From NCBI RefSeq assembly GCF_009914755.1, contig NC_060936.1: a stretch of 64,000 nt of DNA; one strand, written 5' to 3'. Shown piece after piece: positions 13,887-27,798 of the stretch; the stretch's first letter is position 1, and each line of letters starts with the position of its first letter. Both the position numbers and the translations under genes were made by a program. The notes under the pieces were generated by a model that was not told where the DNA came from, ran no database searches, and saw only the letters and a list, made by a program, of their open reading frames with translations. The DNA is from the human T2T-CHM13v2.0 reference genome, Homo sapiens.

Positions 13887-15242
13887 GTGGCTAGGGCGAG
13901 CCCTGGGCACAGGAGGGATCCCTGTAGATGCTTAAAGACATGAGGATAGGAAAATGTTCTTATCTGCACCCCAAGAATGCCAGCGGTGGCAGGAGACAGG
14001 CAGCCCACGTGTGGACTGCAGGATCCTGTTTCACAAACTGAGATGCTCAGAGAAGGGCAAGCTTGAGGCAGGAGCGTGTGCACGCAGCAGGCTCCCGGGG
14101 CTGCACCTGCTGAGGATCTAGCGCCCCACTTTCCTCTGCATTTCTCCATTTATCAGCCACCTGCCACAGTCTGTCATTCCCCAGGCTCAGGAGGAGAGTT
14201 GGAGGTGGCTTTGTGAGCCACACAGAACAGGGAGGAAGCACAGCCGCCTGGCCTCCTGCTGTCGAAAGGGCGTGGCAGCCTCTAATTCAAACACAGGCAG
14301 GCTGGTCCTGGCCCCTGGGTGAAAGACAGCCGGCCCAGGGTTTTCATTAAGGAGGTAGAGAAGAATGCTTTCTTGGCCTGCTGCCCTTTCTCCTGCCACA
14401 GAAGAGGGGTCGGGAGCTGTGAGTGGGCTACAACTGCACCCCAGAGCTCCGGCAGGGAGCCCAGTCCCCGGCTTCCGGGCTGACAGTCCCCGAGACAGAG
14501 GCGGCCTTCATCCCTGGCCATCACACTGGTGCTTCAAGGCAGACAGCTGCCTCTTGCCGGAGCAAAGCGTTTACTAACTAATTTGTCAATGGCCAGCCTG
14601 GAATTCACCCTCTTCAGCTTGATCATAAGAAAAATTTAGCTCAAATTTAGAACTGCTGAACAGTTCAGAGGCCACGGTGTCAAGTGCTACCTGGAGAGGT
14701 GGGGAGCTACCCACTCCAGTGCTGTTTTCCACTTCATGAGGACCCTGGTGGTACCTGCTCAGCACTGGGCATTGTGAGGATTCCTGGGAGCCCACATTCA
14801 CGTAGTGCAAAGTGGCCCAAACCTTGAAAAGGCTGGAAACCAGTATGCGTGTCAGCTGGGTTGAAACAGGTACATGATTCAGTGAGACCAGGTGTGTACA
14901 ATAGGGAGTAGTGGAGACTGGGGCAAATTGGGACTGCAGGCCTCATCTGAAAAGGGGAAGCCGCTGCTCCGTTCCGCTGAATGTCGCCATTTGGTGAACG
15001 TATGCTGGGACATATGACTTTTCATTGGTGTTGGAAATCTAGATTTAAAAAAAAATGTAAAGACTCAAATTCTGGGGAAACAGAAAACATCTATGGACCA
15101 GGTTTGGCCTAAGAACTGCTAATTTACAACTTCTGCATAAATCACACTGCAGTCTGTGTGTGGACTCCGTACAGGCATACACACGTGTGGACACCCAGGA
15201 CTCCAACTCGTGAGGCCTGTGGGGAAATGTCACATGCAGGAG

Positions 15243-16800
15243 ACACACACACACCCACACCACCACCACCACCACACACACACCACACATACACCACCGC
15301 AACCACAAACACACACAACCACACGCACAACCACACGCATACACAAATGACCACACACACAACCGCACACATATAAACACACCACACACAAAACCACAAC
15401 CACACACACAACCACAACCACACACAACCACATACACATACAACCACACACAAGAACATACACAACCACACACAACCACAAACACAACTACACACACAAC
15501 CACACACCACCATACCACAACCACACACAAAACCACACACAACCACACACACAAAACTACACACAACCACACACCTCCACAACCACACACAACCACACAC
15601 AGCCACACACACAACCACAACCAAACACGACAACCACACACACATATAACCCCACACACAACCATCACAACCCCACACACACCACCACCACACACAAACG
15701 ACTACACACACCACAACCACACACATATATACACACCACACAAAACCACAACCACATACCACCACAACCACACACGCAAACAACCATACAAAAGCACACA
15801 CAACCACAACCACACACACCACCATACACACCACAACCACACACCTCTACAACCACACACACAACCGCATACACACATAGCCACACACACTGCCACACAC
15901 AACCACACATACAACCACAACCACACCACCACACACACAACCACACACACACAAATCCCCACACACCACCACACACAACCGCACACACCACGCACAACCA
16001 GATACAACCACACACACACAAATTCCCACACACACAACCACACACACCATCACACACCACCACACACACCATACACAACCACATACATGCACACACAACC
16101 ATACACAAATAAGCACACACCACAACCACAACCACACACCTCCACAACTACACACAGAACCGCACACACAGCCACGTACAACCACACACACAAACCCCAC
16201 ACAGCCGCACACCACACACCACCACAAACACACACCACCACAAACACACACAAACACACACACCCAACCACAACCACACACACACCACCACAACCAAACA
16301 AAACACTGCACACACACCACCATAACCACACACACAACCAAAACACACACCACACACACCACCACAATCACAAAAAAACACAGATACAACCACACACATC
16401 CACACACACAAATAACCAAACATACACACCACCACATCCACACACACAACCACACACACACCACCACAACCAAAAAAAACCACACACAAACTGCCACAGC
16501 CACACACCCAACCACACACACAACAAAACACAACACACCACCAGAACCACACACACAACCATACACACAGTCACACACACAACAGCCACAAACACACACA
16601 ACCACACACATGCAGACAACCACAACCACACACAGCCACATACACATCACCACAACCACACACAACCCCACACACACCACCACCACCCACAACCACACAC
16701 AGCCACATACACATCACCACAACCACACACAACCCCACACACACCACCACCACCCACAACCACAACCACACACACAACCACACACAGACAACCAACCACT
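15243..16800. repeat. ~1.55-kb A/C-dominated low-complexity repeat (ACAACCACAC-type)
   Basis: Almost only A and C on the + strand; 67-bp internal duplication starting at 16621 and 16688. Confidence 0.95.
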
Positions 16801-16889
16801 CACTTCAGAGCAGATCCTGAGCTGGGAAAGCAAAGGTAGCCGATCCTGAGCGCCCCTACCTGCCAGGACGTACCCATGGGAGTCTCCAT

Positions 16890-17020
16890 GCATCGGCCCC
16901 TCTCATTCTCTCACCAGTCCCAGCAGTGAGCACCATTATGATCAGCCTCCTTTTGCAGATGGGGAAACTGAGGCACTGAGTGGTCAAGTCACTTCCTAAG
17001 GTCTGAGAGCTGCTCAAGGG
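16890..17020 (-). mobile_element. MIR fragment
   Basis: TTTTGCAGATGGGGAAACTGAGGCACTGAGTGGTCAAGTCACTTCCTAAGGTC. Confidence 0.75.
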
Positions 17021-17167
17021 TAGCCAGGCTGTGGAGCCGGCTGGACTGGCTCAGTAGCCCTGCCACCTGCCCAGCTGCTCAGGGGCTGCTTGAGTCCTCG
17101 ACAGTGCAGGGGGACTGGAATCTGTTCACTGTTCCCGGCATGGAGGGTGCAGCAGTGAGAGCAGTGA

Positions 17168-17564
<397 letters not shown>

Positions 17565-17704
17565 ATACAATTTAAAGGTTACAAAGGAAAAGGAGAAAGA
17601 GAAGAAAAGAGCACTGTCACCCTCAGACATATAACTAAGAAGCCTGGAGAAGATCCCAGGCTCTGACAAGGACACTTGTCTTTCTGACCATAAAACCACT
17701 TCTG

Positions 17705-17875
17705 TTTCTTGAGCACTTACTAGGGGCCAGGCACTGGGCTAAGGAAGCCCTAGGGGGCATCCACACTGCCAGGCAGGTTGTATTATCCTCCCATTTTATG
17801 GACAGTTCAACTGAGGTTTAGAAGGATTAAGTAAGTTGCTGGAGGTCACGCAGCCAGAAAATAGCAGATCCAAGA
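17705..17875 (-). mobile_element. MIR SINE
   Basis: TTGAGCACTTACTA...CCCATTTTATGGA...AACTGAGGTTTAGAAGGATTAAGTAAGTTGC. Confidence 0.7.
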
Positions 17876-17975
17876 CTCCTGCATGGCAGTAAGATGCCTG
17901 GGCCCTCGGGGGAGCTTGTCAGGCTGGTCCAAAGCCATCCAGCCCACTGTTCTGTGATTCCCCATCAAAGGTGAG

Positions 17976-18357
17976 TGATGTGGTTTGGGTCTGTGTCCTC
18001 ACCCAAATCTCATGTTGATTGATAATCCCCAGTGTTGGGGAGGGACCTGGTAGGAGATAATTGGATCATGGGGGGCGGATTTTCCCCTTGGTGTTCACAT
18101 GATGGTGAGTACCAGTTGTTTCAAAGTGCATAGCACCTCCCCTTTGAGCGCTCTCTCTCGCTCTGTCTCTCTCCTGCCATCATGTCAGATGTGCCTGCCT
18201 CCCCTTCGCCTTCTGCCATGATTGTAAGTTTCCTGAGGCCTCCCCAGCCGTGCTTCCTGTACAGCCTGCAGAACGGTGAGTCCAGTAAACCTTTTTCCTT
18301 TATAAGTTACTCAGTCTCCGATAATTCTTTATAGCAATGCGAGAATAAATGAATACA
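17976..18357 (+). mobile_element. MSTA-like MaLR solo LTR
   Basis: TG...CA termini (TGATGTGGTTTGG...GAATACA); perfect 5-bp TSD GTGAG at 17971-17975 and 18358-18362. Confidence 0.92.
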
Positions 18358-18629
18358 GTGAGGCTTGGCTTAAAGGCAACAAAGTCCATATTAAGGACCT
18401 TCTTCAAGGGAACTTTTTCAAGGAAGGCATCTCCAGCAGCCCAGATGACTACCACGGGATGCTATTTACACACGATTCCTCGTGATGCGTGTTATTCACC
18501 GTCGCGCCGGGCTTGTCCACTGGTCTGTTGACTTCATGAGGACCAAGACCTCGTCTGTTTCACTCATGATGATATCCCTAGCACCTGGCCAAATGCCTCG
18601 CAGCTGCTGAGACAGGAGACACGGCACAT

Positions 18630-19067
18630 TGGGAGGGGTGGAGGAGTGTCTCCCAAAAAGATATGTCCAAGGAAGCGACCTTATTTAGAAATAGGTCTTT
18701 GCAGGTGTAATCCAATTATAGATTTGGAAATAGGATTATCTTGAATTGAGGATGGGCCCTAAATCCAGTGATTGGTGTCTTTATAAAAGAAAAGGAAGGA
18801 GGACGTGAGACCCAGGGGTGCAATGGGGAGGCACTGTGAAGACAGAGCCGAGGCGGGAGGGATGCTTGCCTCGGCCCAAGAATGCCAAGCACTGTCCGCA
18901 GACACCAGAAGCCGGGGAGAGGTGAATGCTTTTCCAGAGGGAACCAGGGCTGCCAACACCTCCATGTCTAACTTCGGGCCTCTTGAACTGTGCAAAAATA
19001 AATTTTAGCTGTTTTCACCCATCCAGTTTGTGAACAGTTGTTGCAGCAGGCCTGGGAAACTGATACA
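18630..19067 (+). mobile_element. MLT1 (B/C-like) MaLR LTR
   Basis: ACCTTATTTAGAAATAGGTCTTTGCAGGTGTAAT...GGGCCCTAAATCCAGTGA...GGAAACTGATACA. Confidence 0.8.
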
Positions 19068-19247
19068 TGTATTTTCTGAATGAAGAAACATCTAAAAAGA
19101 ACTTCTGCTGGCAGAAAGCCTGTAGCCCAGGAAGTAGATCTTTGAAGAGCACCTATTCTGCATTCAGGAACCACCTGGTGAAGTTCTTTCTGAGGAATTT
19201 AGATTTTGTGTAGCCAGGCGTCTTCCAGAAGTGTGGTGAGGGAGTCA

Positions 19248-19592
<345 letters not shown>

Positions 19593-19699
19593 AAGAACTG
19601 AAAATAAAACCTAAAAAAAGAAATAAAAGTAAAGGTGTCCCTCTTTCCTCCTGTGAAATGCACTAACCCTGACCACACTGAATGTCAGAGAGTGGTGGT

Positions 19700-20270
19700 A
19701 CACTCACGCCCCTTCCACCTGTTTCTGAGACTTGGCTGTCTACATTCCCAAACCTGCTTTTGCCAGCTGTATCTGCAACTGGCAGTGTATGGTTTAATGA
19801 AATATAATTTCAACCAATGGGATATGAATGCAAAAATCATTTCTAGGAAAAATACTTTCAATGCTTTGGAAAGATTTAATAAAAGCAGGTTGCAAAAACA
19901 AAAAAAAAAGCCATCAAAGTACATGTAGGCCAGACAAGTGAAAGATTTGAGTGATAAATCACGAAATGCATGCAAGAACCCTGTGCTCATGCTTTTCTTC
20001 ACAGATCCCTTTGCGTCCTCAATCCACGTTACATAAATAGACGTGAAGTCACACAGATACCTTTTGGACGAGGTTATGCAAGAAAGAAAAGCGGGACATC
20101 AATCAGGATGTGCACACTCAAAGAAAAGATCTTGTTTGTCTCTTGAACTATTGGCAAATAAATGCACATTTCTATGTTTTTGTGTTAAAATAGAAGCCTT
20201 AAATCTTCATGGATTAACTCACCATCACAGATGCATTGGGCTTCTACTGTTTCCAAGTCATGGATGGCCG
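19700..20270 (+). mobile_element. Tigger (Tigger13a-like) DNA transposon with decayed transposase N-terminus
   Basis: Translates in pieces as MNAK..NALERFNK.. (HTH-psq-like) and MQERK/GTSI...LKEK across a frameshift (CENP-B-type HTH). Confidence 0.55.
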
Positions 20271-20631
20271 CCTAGAATTTCTAGGCAGGGATAATGTAAT
20301 GCTGACATGGGCAGTGTAAAGATATTATTTCTGAAATCTGCAAAGTCTGCACACAAGTAAAAAGGAGTCTCCTTGACGGTTTTCTGTCAAGCGCTCCGGG
20401 GGAGGATTTACTGGACACACGGGTTTCTCTGCCCAGCCGTGCAACTCACCGTCCTGCTCACGATCTGGTGTTTGTTGTTCCATCCTCCTGGCTTCCCCAC
20501 CTACCTGGTTCCCCTTGGTGTGTCTGGCTTACACCACCTGCCTGGCCTGCCCACGTGCAGAGGCCATTGGGAATACAGGTGCAGCCCAGCTGTGGCCAGG
20601 ACGCAGGTCTCGTTTAGTGAATGCGTAATGA

Positions 20632-21019
<388 letters not shown>

Positions 21020-21629
21020 AGAATCTTCCTCTTAAAAACACAAAAATGGGGACAGTAGATTAACATTCCTCCTGGATACTCTTGGAGGTGAACTGTGAAC
21101 CACCCCCAAGAATATTAACTAAATCCACAACCATCTTTGAATATTAGCCTGGGAACAGATTACAGGCAGGTCTTCTGGGGCAAAACGTCCATACCAGCCC
21201 TCAAACATCAAAACTTTTCCCCTTGAACCTTGCAGTGGACTCCCACAGGCACTTCAGCAATGGTGATTCAGATGTGCAGAGAAAACAATAATATTTTCTA
21301 GGAAATTCTGGGGGAAGTCTCTGCTGCGTTTCCGCTGCTGTCTGTCCTGCTGATAAAAGTTTTGATGATGTGGCTTTTTTATCTGAACAAGCTCCAGATG
21401 AACGTAGCAGAGGTGCCACATGCCAAGATAATTTAAAGACGATTTTAAAAGAAATACACAGATGAAAAATTTGTTTCTCTCTGCCCTGGACTCTATATGA
21501 ATGCGATTTGAGGACATCCAAAGCTGAGTCCAGGGTGTTACCACTTAAGCTGAGAGAGAAAAACATTGGTGGGAGATTCACAGAAAGCCAGCATTTCCCC
21601 TTGTGGTAAGACTGTAGAAAGCCACGTCC

Positions 21630-22085
21630 CCTGAAGTGGCTTGAATAGTGTCATTCCCACACCCTAGATTCATGTCCACTCAAAGCCTGTGAATATGACC
21701 TTATTTCAAAATAGAGTATTTGCAGATGTGATTAGTTAAGGGTCTCTAGATGAGATCAGTTGGATTAGGGTGATCCAATGATGAGTGTCTTTATAAGGGA
21801 AAGGAGAAGGAGATTTGGACACTGAAAGACAGAGAGAAGGAAGAAGCCACATGAGGACAGATGGAGCGACTGGAGTGAAGCGGCCACAAGCCAAGTATGC
21901 CTGGAGCCACGAGGAGCTGGAAGAGGCAAGAAGGATTGTGCCCTAGAGCCTCTGCAGGGAGCATGGTCCTATCCACACCTTGATTTTAGACTTCTGGCCA
22001 CCAGAACTGTGAAAGAATAAATTTCTGTTTTTTTAAGCCACTCAGTCTATGGTAGTCTGCAATGGCCACCCTGAGAATGAGTGCA
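21630..22085 (+). mobile_element. MLT1 (B/C-like) MaLR LTR
   Basis: GCCTGTGAATATGACCTTATTT...TTTAGACTTCTGGCCACCAGAACTGTGAAAGAATAAATTTCTGTT. Confidence 0.85.
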
Positions 22086-22259
22086 TCCTCTTGGTCTAAC
22101 ACGTATGCATTTCCTCTGCCAATAATCTTGCGTTTGGTCCTCATAGAACTCTCCACTTATCCACCTCCTGTTTATCTTCTTTGTGTCTACATTTTTGTCT
22201 GCTCCTTCTTCCAGAGAAAATGTAGAATCACTCGGTTCCATGAACAGGACCATTGGTGT

Positions 22260-22460
22260 AAGACTAGGTCAAACCCTGACTTCACCACTTATGAGCTCCT
22301 TGGTGTGGGGCCACTGCCTTCATCACGCTGAGTCCTGATTTTCTCATCCATAAAGTGGGCATAAAAATAGTCCCCAGCATGGGATTGTTTGAAAGGTTAC
22401 ATGTGACACTGTGAGCCCTGAGTGGATGGACTGCCCAGCATTGAGCAAGTGCTTGTGAGC
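22260..22460 (+). mobile_element. MIR SINE
   Basis: TTTTCTCATCCATAAAGTGGGCATAAAAATAG...GGGATTGTT. Confidence 0.6.
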
Positions 22461-22625
22461 AGTCCTGCAGATGATGGCAGGTGTGTTGGTGGGATGTTCT
22501 ACCCAGGCCCCTCCTGCCAGCACACACTGTGCCATGATGGGGCAGTCTCGTCTCATAGTCCTTCTTTTCCTCTTCCTCCAGCTGTATAAGGAGGAGAGAG
22601 TCGGGCCCATCACCATGCAGGGGGG

Positions 22626-24930
22626 TGATATGATTTGGCTGTATCCCCACCACAATCTCATCTTGAATTGTAGTTCCCATAATCCCCATGTGTCATACAA
22701 GGGGACTGGTGGGAGGTAATTGAATCATGGGGAGCAGTTACTCCCATGCTGTACTCTTGATAGTGACAGAGTGATAGATAGAGTGAGTTTTCATGAGATA
22801 TGATGGTCTTATGAGGGGCTTTTCCCCCTTTGCTTGGCACTTCTCTCTCCTGCTGCCATGTGAAGAAGGACATGTTTGCTTCCCCTTCCACCATGACTGT
22901 AAGTTTCCTGAGGCCTCCCCAGCCAAGTGGAACTGTGAGTCAATTAAGCCTCTTTCCTTTATAAATTACCCAGTCTCTGGTATTTCCTCATAGCAGTGTG
23001 AGAACAGACTAATACAGTGAATTGCTACCAGTAGAGTGAGGCGTTGCTGAAGAGACACCTGAAAATGTGGAAGTGACTTTGGAGCTGGATGACAGGCAGA
23101 TTGGAACAGTTTAGAGTGTTCAGAAGAAAATAGGAAAATGTGGGAAAGTTTGGAACTTCCTAGAGACTTGTTGAATGGTTTTCACCAAAATGCTGATAGT
23201 GATATGAACAATGAAGTCCAGACTGAGGTGGTCTCAGATGGAGAAGAGGAACTTCTTGGGAACTGAAGCAAAGGTGACTCTTGCTATGCTTCAGCAATGA
23301 GACTGGCATTTTTCCCCTGCCCTATAGATCTGTGGAACTTTGAACTTGAGAGAGATGATTTAGGGTATGTAGTGGAAAAAATTCCTAAGCTACAAAGCAT
23401 TCAAGAGGAAACAGAACACAAAAGTTTGGAAAATTTGCAGCGTGATCATGCAATAGAAAAGAAAACCCACTGGGGGGAGAAATTCAAGCCCGCTACAGAA
23501 ATTTGCATAAGTAATGAGGAGCCTAATGTTAATCCCAAAGACAATGGGGAAAATGTCTCCAGGGCATGTCAGAGACCTTCATGGCAGCCCCTCCCATCAC
23601 AGACCCAAAGGCCTAGGAGGGAAAAATGGTTTCCTTGGGCTGGGCTCAGGGTCCCCCTGCTCTGTGCAGCCTTGGGACATGGTGCCCTACATCCCAGCTG
23701 CTTCAGCTCCCGTCTTGGCTAAAAGGGGCAAAGGTACAGCTCAGGCTATTGCTTCAGAGGGTACCAGCCCCAAGCCTTGGTGACTTTTACATGGTGTTGA
23801 GCCTGTGGGTGCCCAAAAGTCAATAATTGAGGTTTGGGAACCTCCACTTAGATTTCAGAGGATGTATGGAAATGCCTGGGCGTCCAGTCCAGCCAAGTTT
23901 GCTTCATGGGCAGGGACCTCATGGAGAACCTCTGCTAGGGCAGTGTGGAAGGAAAATGTGGGGTCAGAGCCCCCACAGAGAGTCCCCACCGAGGCACTGC
24001 CTAATGGAGCTGTGAGAAGAGGGCCACCATCCTCCAGATTCCAGAATGGTAGATCCACCAACAGTTTGCACCATGCACCTGGAAATGCTGCAGACACTCA
24101 AGGCCAGCCATGAAAGCAGCCAGGAGAGGGGCTATACCTTGCAAAGCCAAACAGGCAGAGCTGCCCAAGGCCATGGGAGCCCACCTCTTGCATCAGCATG
24201 ACCTGAATGTGAGACACGGAATCAAAGGAGATCATTTTGGAACCTTAGAGTTTAATGACTGCCCTATTGGATTTTGGACTTGCATGGGGCCTGCAGCCCC
24301 TTTGTTTTGGCCAATTTCTCTCATTTGGAATGGCTGTATTTACCCAATGCTTGTACCCCCATTTTATCTAGGAAGTAACTAACTTGTTTTTTATTTTACA
24401 GGCTTATAGGCAGAAGGGATTTGCCTTGCCTCAGATGAGACTTTGGACTTAGACTTTTGGGTTAATTCTGGAATGAGCTAGGACTTTAAGGGACTGTTGG
24501 AAAGGCACGATTGGTTTTGAAACGTGAGGACATGAGATTTGGGAGAGGCCAGGGGAGGAATGATATGGTTTGGCTGTATCCCCACCGAAATCTCATCTTG
24601 AATTGTAGCTACCATAATCCCCACATGTCATGGGAGGGACCTGGTGGGGGTAATTTAATCATGGGAGTGGTTACCCCCATACTGTTCTCGTGATAGTGCA
24701 TTCTCATGAGATCTGATGGTTTGATAAGAGGTTTTTCCCCCTCCTGCTCAGCACTTCTCCTTGCTGCAGCCGTGTGAAGAAGGACGTGTTTGCTTCCCCT
24801 TCCGCCATGATTGTAAGTTTCCTGAGGTCTCCCCAGCCATGCAGAACTGTGAGTCAATTAAACCTCTTCTCTTTATAAATTACCCCGTCTCAGGTATTTC
24901 TTCATAGCAGCATGAGAATGGAGTAATATA
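22626..24930 (+). mobile_element. Full-length THE1 (THE1D-like) MaLR: 5' LTR 22626-23016, internal 23017-24560, 3' LTR 24561-24930
   Basis: Two direct LTRs share GGCTGTATCCCCACC; ~1.55-kb THE1-int sequence; polypurine tract at 24541-24560; TSD GGGGG / GGAGG (1 mismatch). Confidence 0.95.
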
Positions 24931-25079
24931 GGAGGGCTCTGAGCAGAGCAAGCAGGGTGTCCTAGCTGAGTGCACCCCTCAACTCCGTTCCACTGGTCTC
25001 CTCAACGGCAAGGCTCCCCCTGCCCCGGGGAGCCCCCTCTTAACTCAGGAGGGCCTGGCTGACTCTGTCTTTCTCCCAC

Positions 25080-25139
25080 ATCTCCAGGGCCACTGCTAGC
25101 TGGGTGCGGATCTCCAGGGCCACTGCTAGCTGGGTGCGG
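25080..25139. repeat. Perfect 30-bp tandem duplication
   Basis: ATCTCCAGGGCCACTGCTAGCTGGGTGCGG twice. Confidence 0.95.
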
Positions 25140-25844
25140 TGGCTCCAGCTGGTTGTCTGGACCTGCCCAGATTCTCAGGCAGAATCAGAACATGTGCCAG
25201 GCCCAGATAAGCATCTGTGTTTGCAAACAGACAAGCACGGAGGCCTGCTCCCACCCAGCTCGCCGCCCCAGTGTTATCACCAGGCCTGAGATGCTCAGAA
25301 GTGCTGCCAGCATCTCAGGAAAGCAAGCTGTGAATTCCCGGGGCCACCGGGAGCAACTGCTGCCTGGCTCTCAGCTTCTGGCCACCCTAGCGTCCAGCTC
25401 AGGTGTTGGGCAGGGACCAGGGGTGTCTGGGCAGGAAGCTTAATGCAGGAGCTTGGCAGCCTCTCCCAGGGCTAGAGCATGGACGTGGGGGCCGTGCATC
25501 CCTTCCCACCCTCCTGTTGCCAGTGGGAGTTAGAAAACACAGCTAGTGCCTGGTAAACTGTCCCCACGACATCCAGGCTATGGCTTTAGCAGCAGCGAAC
25601 CTATAAGTGGGGCAGCTGTGATGGACACAACTCCAATATTGTCCAGCTTCCATCCCTTGCTACCCAAGATTGGGAGCTCTGCTGGGTCCAGGGTGACCAC
25701 AGCCTGGCATGGGAGAGAGATGAGGGACAGAGGGAACAGGGAGGTTCTGTTCTAGGATGTGGGAGGGACGATGTTATTAGAGCACAGAGTGAGGAGATCA
25801 ATCCTGAAGGGTTATGTGGGAGCCACAGGAATGAGAAATAACAA

Positions 25845-26060
25845 TAATTATTATAGCTCACCAGGCACTCTTCCAAGTTTATCTTCATTAAATTATCTCA
25901 ACCATTTTATGAAGTAGGCACTATTATGACCATTGCTTTACAGATGAGGAAACAAGGGCACTAGAAATCAACATAATTTGTCCCAAATTACCCAGGGAAT
26001 AAACGCAGAAGTGGATTTTGAAGTCAGGCAGCCTGTCTTCAGACGAGGCTTTTAAATTTT
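25845..26060 (-). mobile_element. MIR SINE
   Basis: CCAGGCACT...GTAGGCACTATTATG...TTTACAGATGAGGAAAC. Confidence 0.7.
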
Positions 26061-26537
26061 ACATCATACAGATGTCCCTGACGCCACAGCCGAGAGACCA
26101 TGGGGGCTGGAATGTTGACCCCACAGGCAGGCAGCTTCCTTGGGAGCCACCACAAACTCGATACCTTTCTAGGGTTGGGAGCTAAGTGCCCCATCTTTCC
26201 TGTTCAAATCCATAGAGGCCTGTCCCCTGCAATCAGCCAACCACACATGCCCACTGCCCACCCTACAGGACTGATGCCCTCTGGCCTATCCTGCCTGGCT
26301 TGTCCTATGAACAACCTCCCTGCTTGACACTGTGGTGACTCAAGGTGTCCCACAGGAGGCGCCTGAGACCCTGGATGCCAGGAAGGGGTTAGGTGTGGAG
26401 AGGGGACCCTTTTCCTTAAAAATTTGATTGGCTGAACCGTGAAAACATTAAAGGAATCAATTATGGGTTCAGTTCATAATTTTGTTTCAATCTCTGAGTT
26501 ACTGATCAAAACGAAAACAAATGTTTTGCACAAAATT

Positions 26538-27130
26538 CATCATGCATTGCTTAACTATGAGGAGACACTTTCTGAGAAGTGTGTCCTTAGGCGATTTTGT
26601 GGTTGTGTGAACGTCATAGACTGGATTTACCCAAACCTAGATGGTGTCACACACCACACACCTGGGCTGTATAGTGTGGCCTATTGCTCCTGGGCTACAA
26701 ACCCACAACATGTTACTGCACTGAACACAGTAGGTGATTGTAACACAATGGTGAGTATTTCTGTATCTAAACACATCTAAATAGAGAAAATGTACAGTAA
26801 AAATACTATATAAAAGTTTAAAAATGGTGCATCTGTATAGGGCATGTACCATGAATGGAGCTTGCAGGCCTGGACGTTGCTGTGGTGGGTGAGTGAGTGG
26901 TGAGTGAATGTGAAGGCCTAGGACATTCCCGTACGTGACTGTAGACTCTGTAAACACTGTACACTTAAGATGCTCTGAATCTAAGAAAAAATAAAGTGCG
27001 CCATGACGTTACAACTGTTGCCACGTCACTAGGTGATAGGGATTTTTCAGCTCCATTGTAATCTTACGGGACCACCATTGTACATGTGGTCTGTTGTTGA
27101 CCATATCGTTGTTCTGCGTAGCGCGTGACC
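26538..27130 (-). mobile_element. Tigger3 (Tigger3c-like) non-autonomous DNA transposon
   Basis: Reverse strand reads GGTCAACAACAGACCACATGTACAATGGTGGTCCCGTAAGATTACAATGGAGCTGAAAAATCCCTATCACCTAGTGACG; the other end has TTCTGAGAAGTGTGTCCTTAGGCGATTT. Confidence 0.85.
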
Positions 27131-27201
27131 AGAGTTTGGGCAATGCTGTCCTTGTGACAGACAGGACAGAGAGAAAATAAACTAACATAGAAGTCTCAAG
27201 G

Positions 27202-27406
27202 GCAGCGATTTGCTCAAAATAGCTCACACTGGCTCACGAGGGCCAAATGTTAAATTTTCAGGAATGTGTGAGTCTATTGTCATCAGGTTGGCAGGATGCA
27301 CTTGGCCATGCTGCAAGTATTTACACCATGGAAACTGGCAGGTGCTACAAACCAGGGCATATGGTTTTAGGGAGCTAGTTGTTAAGCACTGGCCAGCACA
27401 CCACTG
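27202..27406 (+). mobile_element. MER63A hAT MITE
   Basis: TGTTAAATTTTCAGGAAT...AGTATTTACACCATGGAAACTGGCA...CCAGCACACCACTG. Confidence 0.75.
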
Positions 27407-27522
27407 ACTCAGGGACAGGATAAGGATGGGGGCTCGGAATACCTGGGTTCCAGACTCAGTTGTGCCACTCATCCATCATGACGGTGGCCTCCATTTCCTC
27501 ATCTTTATAAAATAGGAACAGA

Positions 27523-27798
27523 GGCTGGGTGTGGTGGCTCACACCTGTAATCCCAGCATTTTGGGAGGCCAAGGCAGGCGGATCACCTGAGGTCAGGAGT
27601 TTGAGACCAGCCTGGCCAACATGGTGAAACCCCGTATCTACTAAAAATACAAAAATTAGACAGGTGTGGTCATGTGTGTCTGTAATCCCAGCTACTCGGG
27701 AGGCTGAGGCAGGAGAATTGCTTGAACTTGAGAGGTGGAAGTTGCAGTGAGCTGAGGTCGTGCCTTGCACTCCAGCTGGGCGACAGGGTGAAGCTCTG
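27523..27798 (+). mobile_element. AluS lacking a poly-A tail, inside a MIR
   Basis: Alu body; TSD AAATAGGAACAGA (27510-27522) / AAATAGGAATAGA (27799-27811). Confidence 0.9.

Noticed and set aside
15045-16849. ORFs up to 283 aa (V/C/W or H/T/Q rich)
   Set aside because: The low-complexity tract rarely forms stop codons; there is no gene structure.
17745-17760. Partial CTCF-like word GCCCTAGGGGGCA (also TCCCCAGATGGCG near 4640)
   Set aside because: Mismatches at key 5' core positions, and both lie inside repeat relics.
23297-24382. Series of ORFs in the THE1 internal region
   Set aside because: Fragmented remnants of the MaLR internal ORF, not a host gene.
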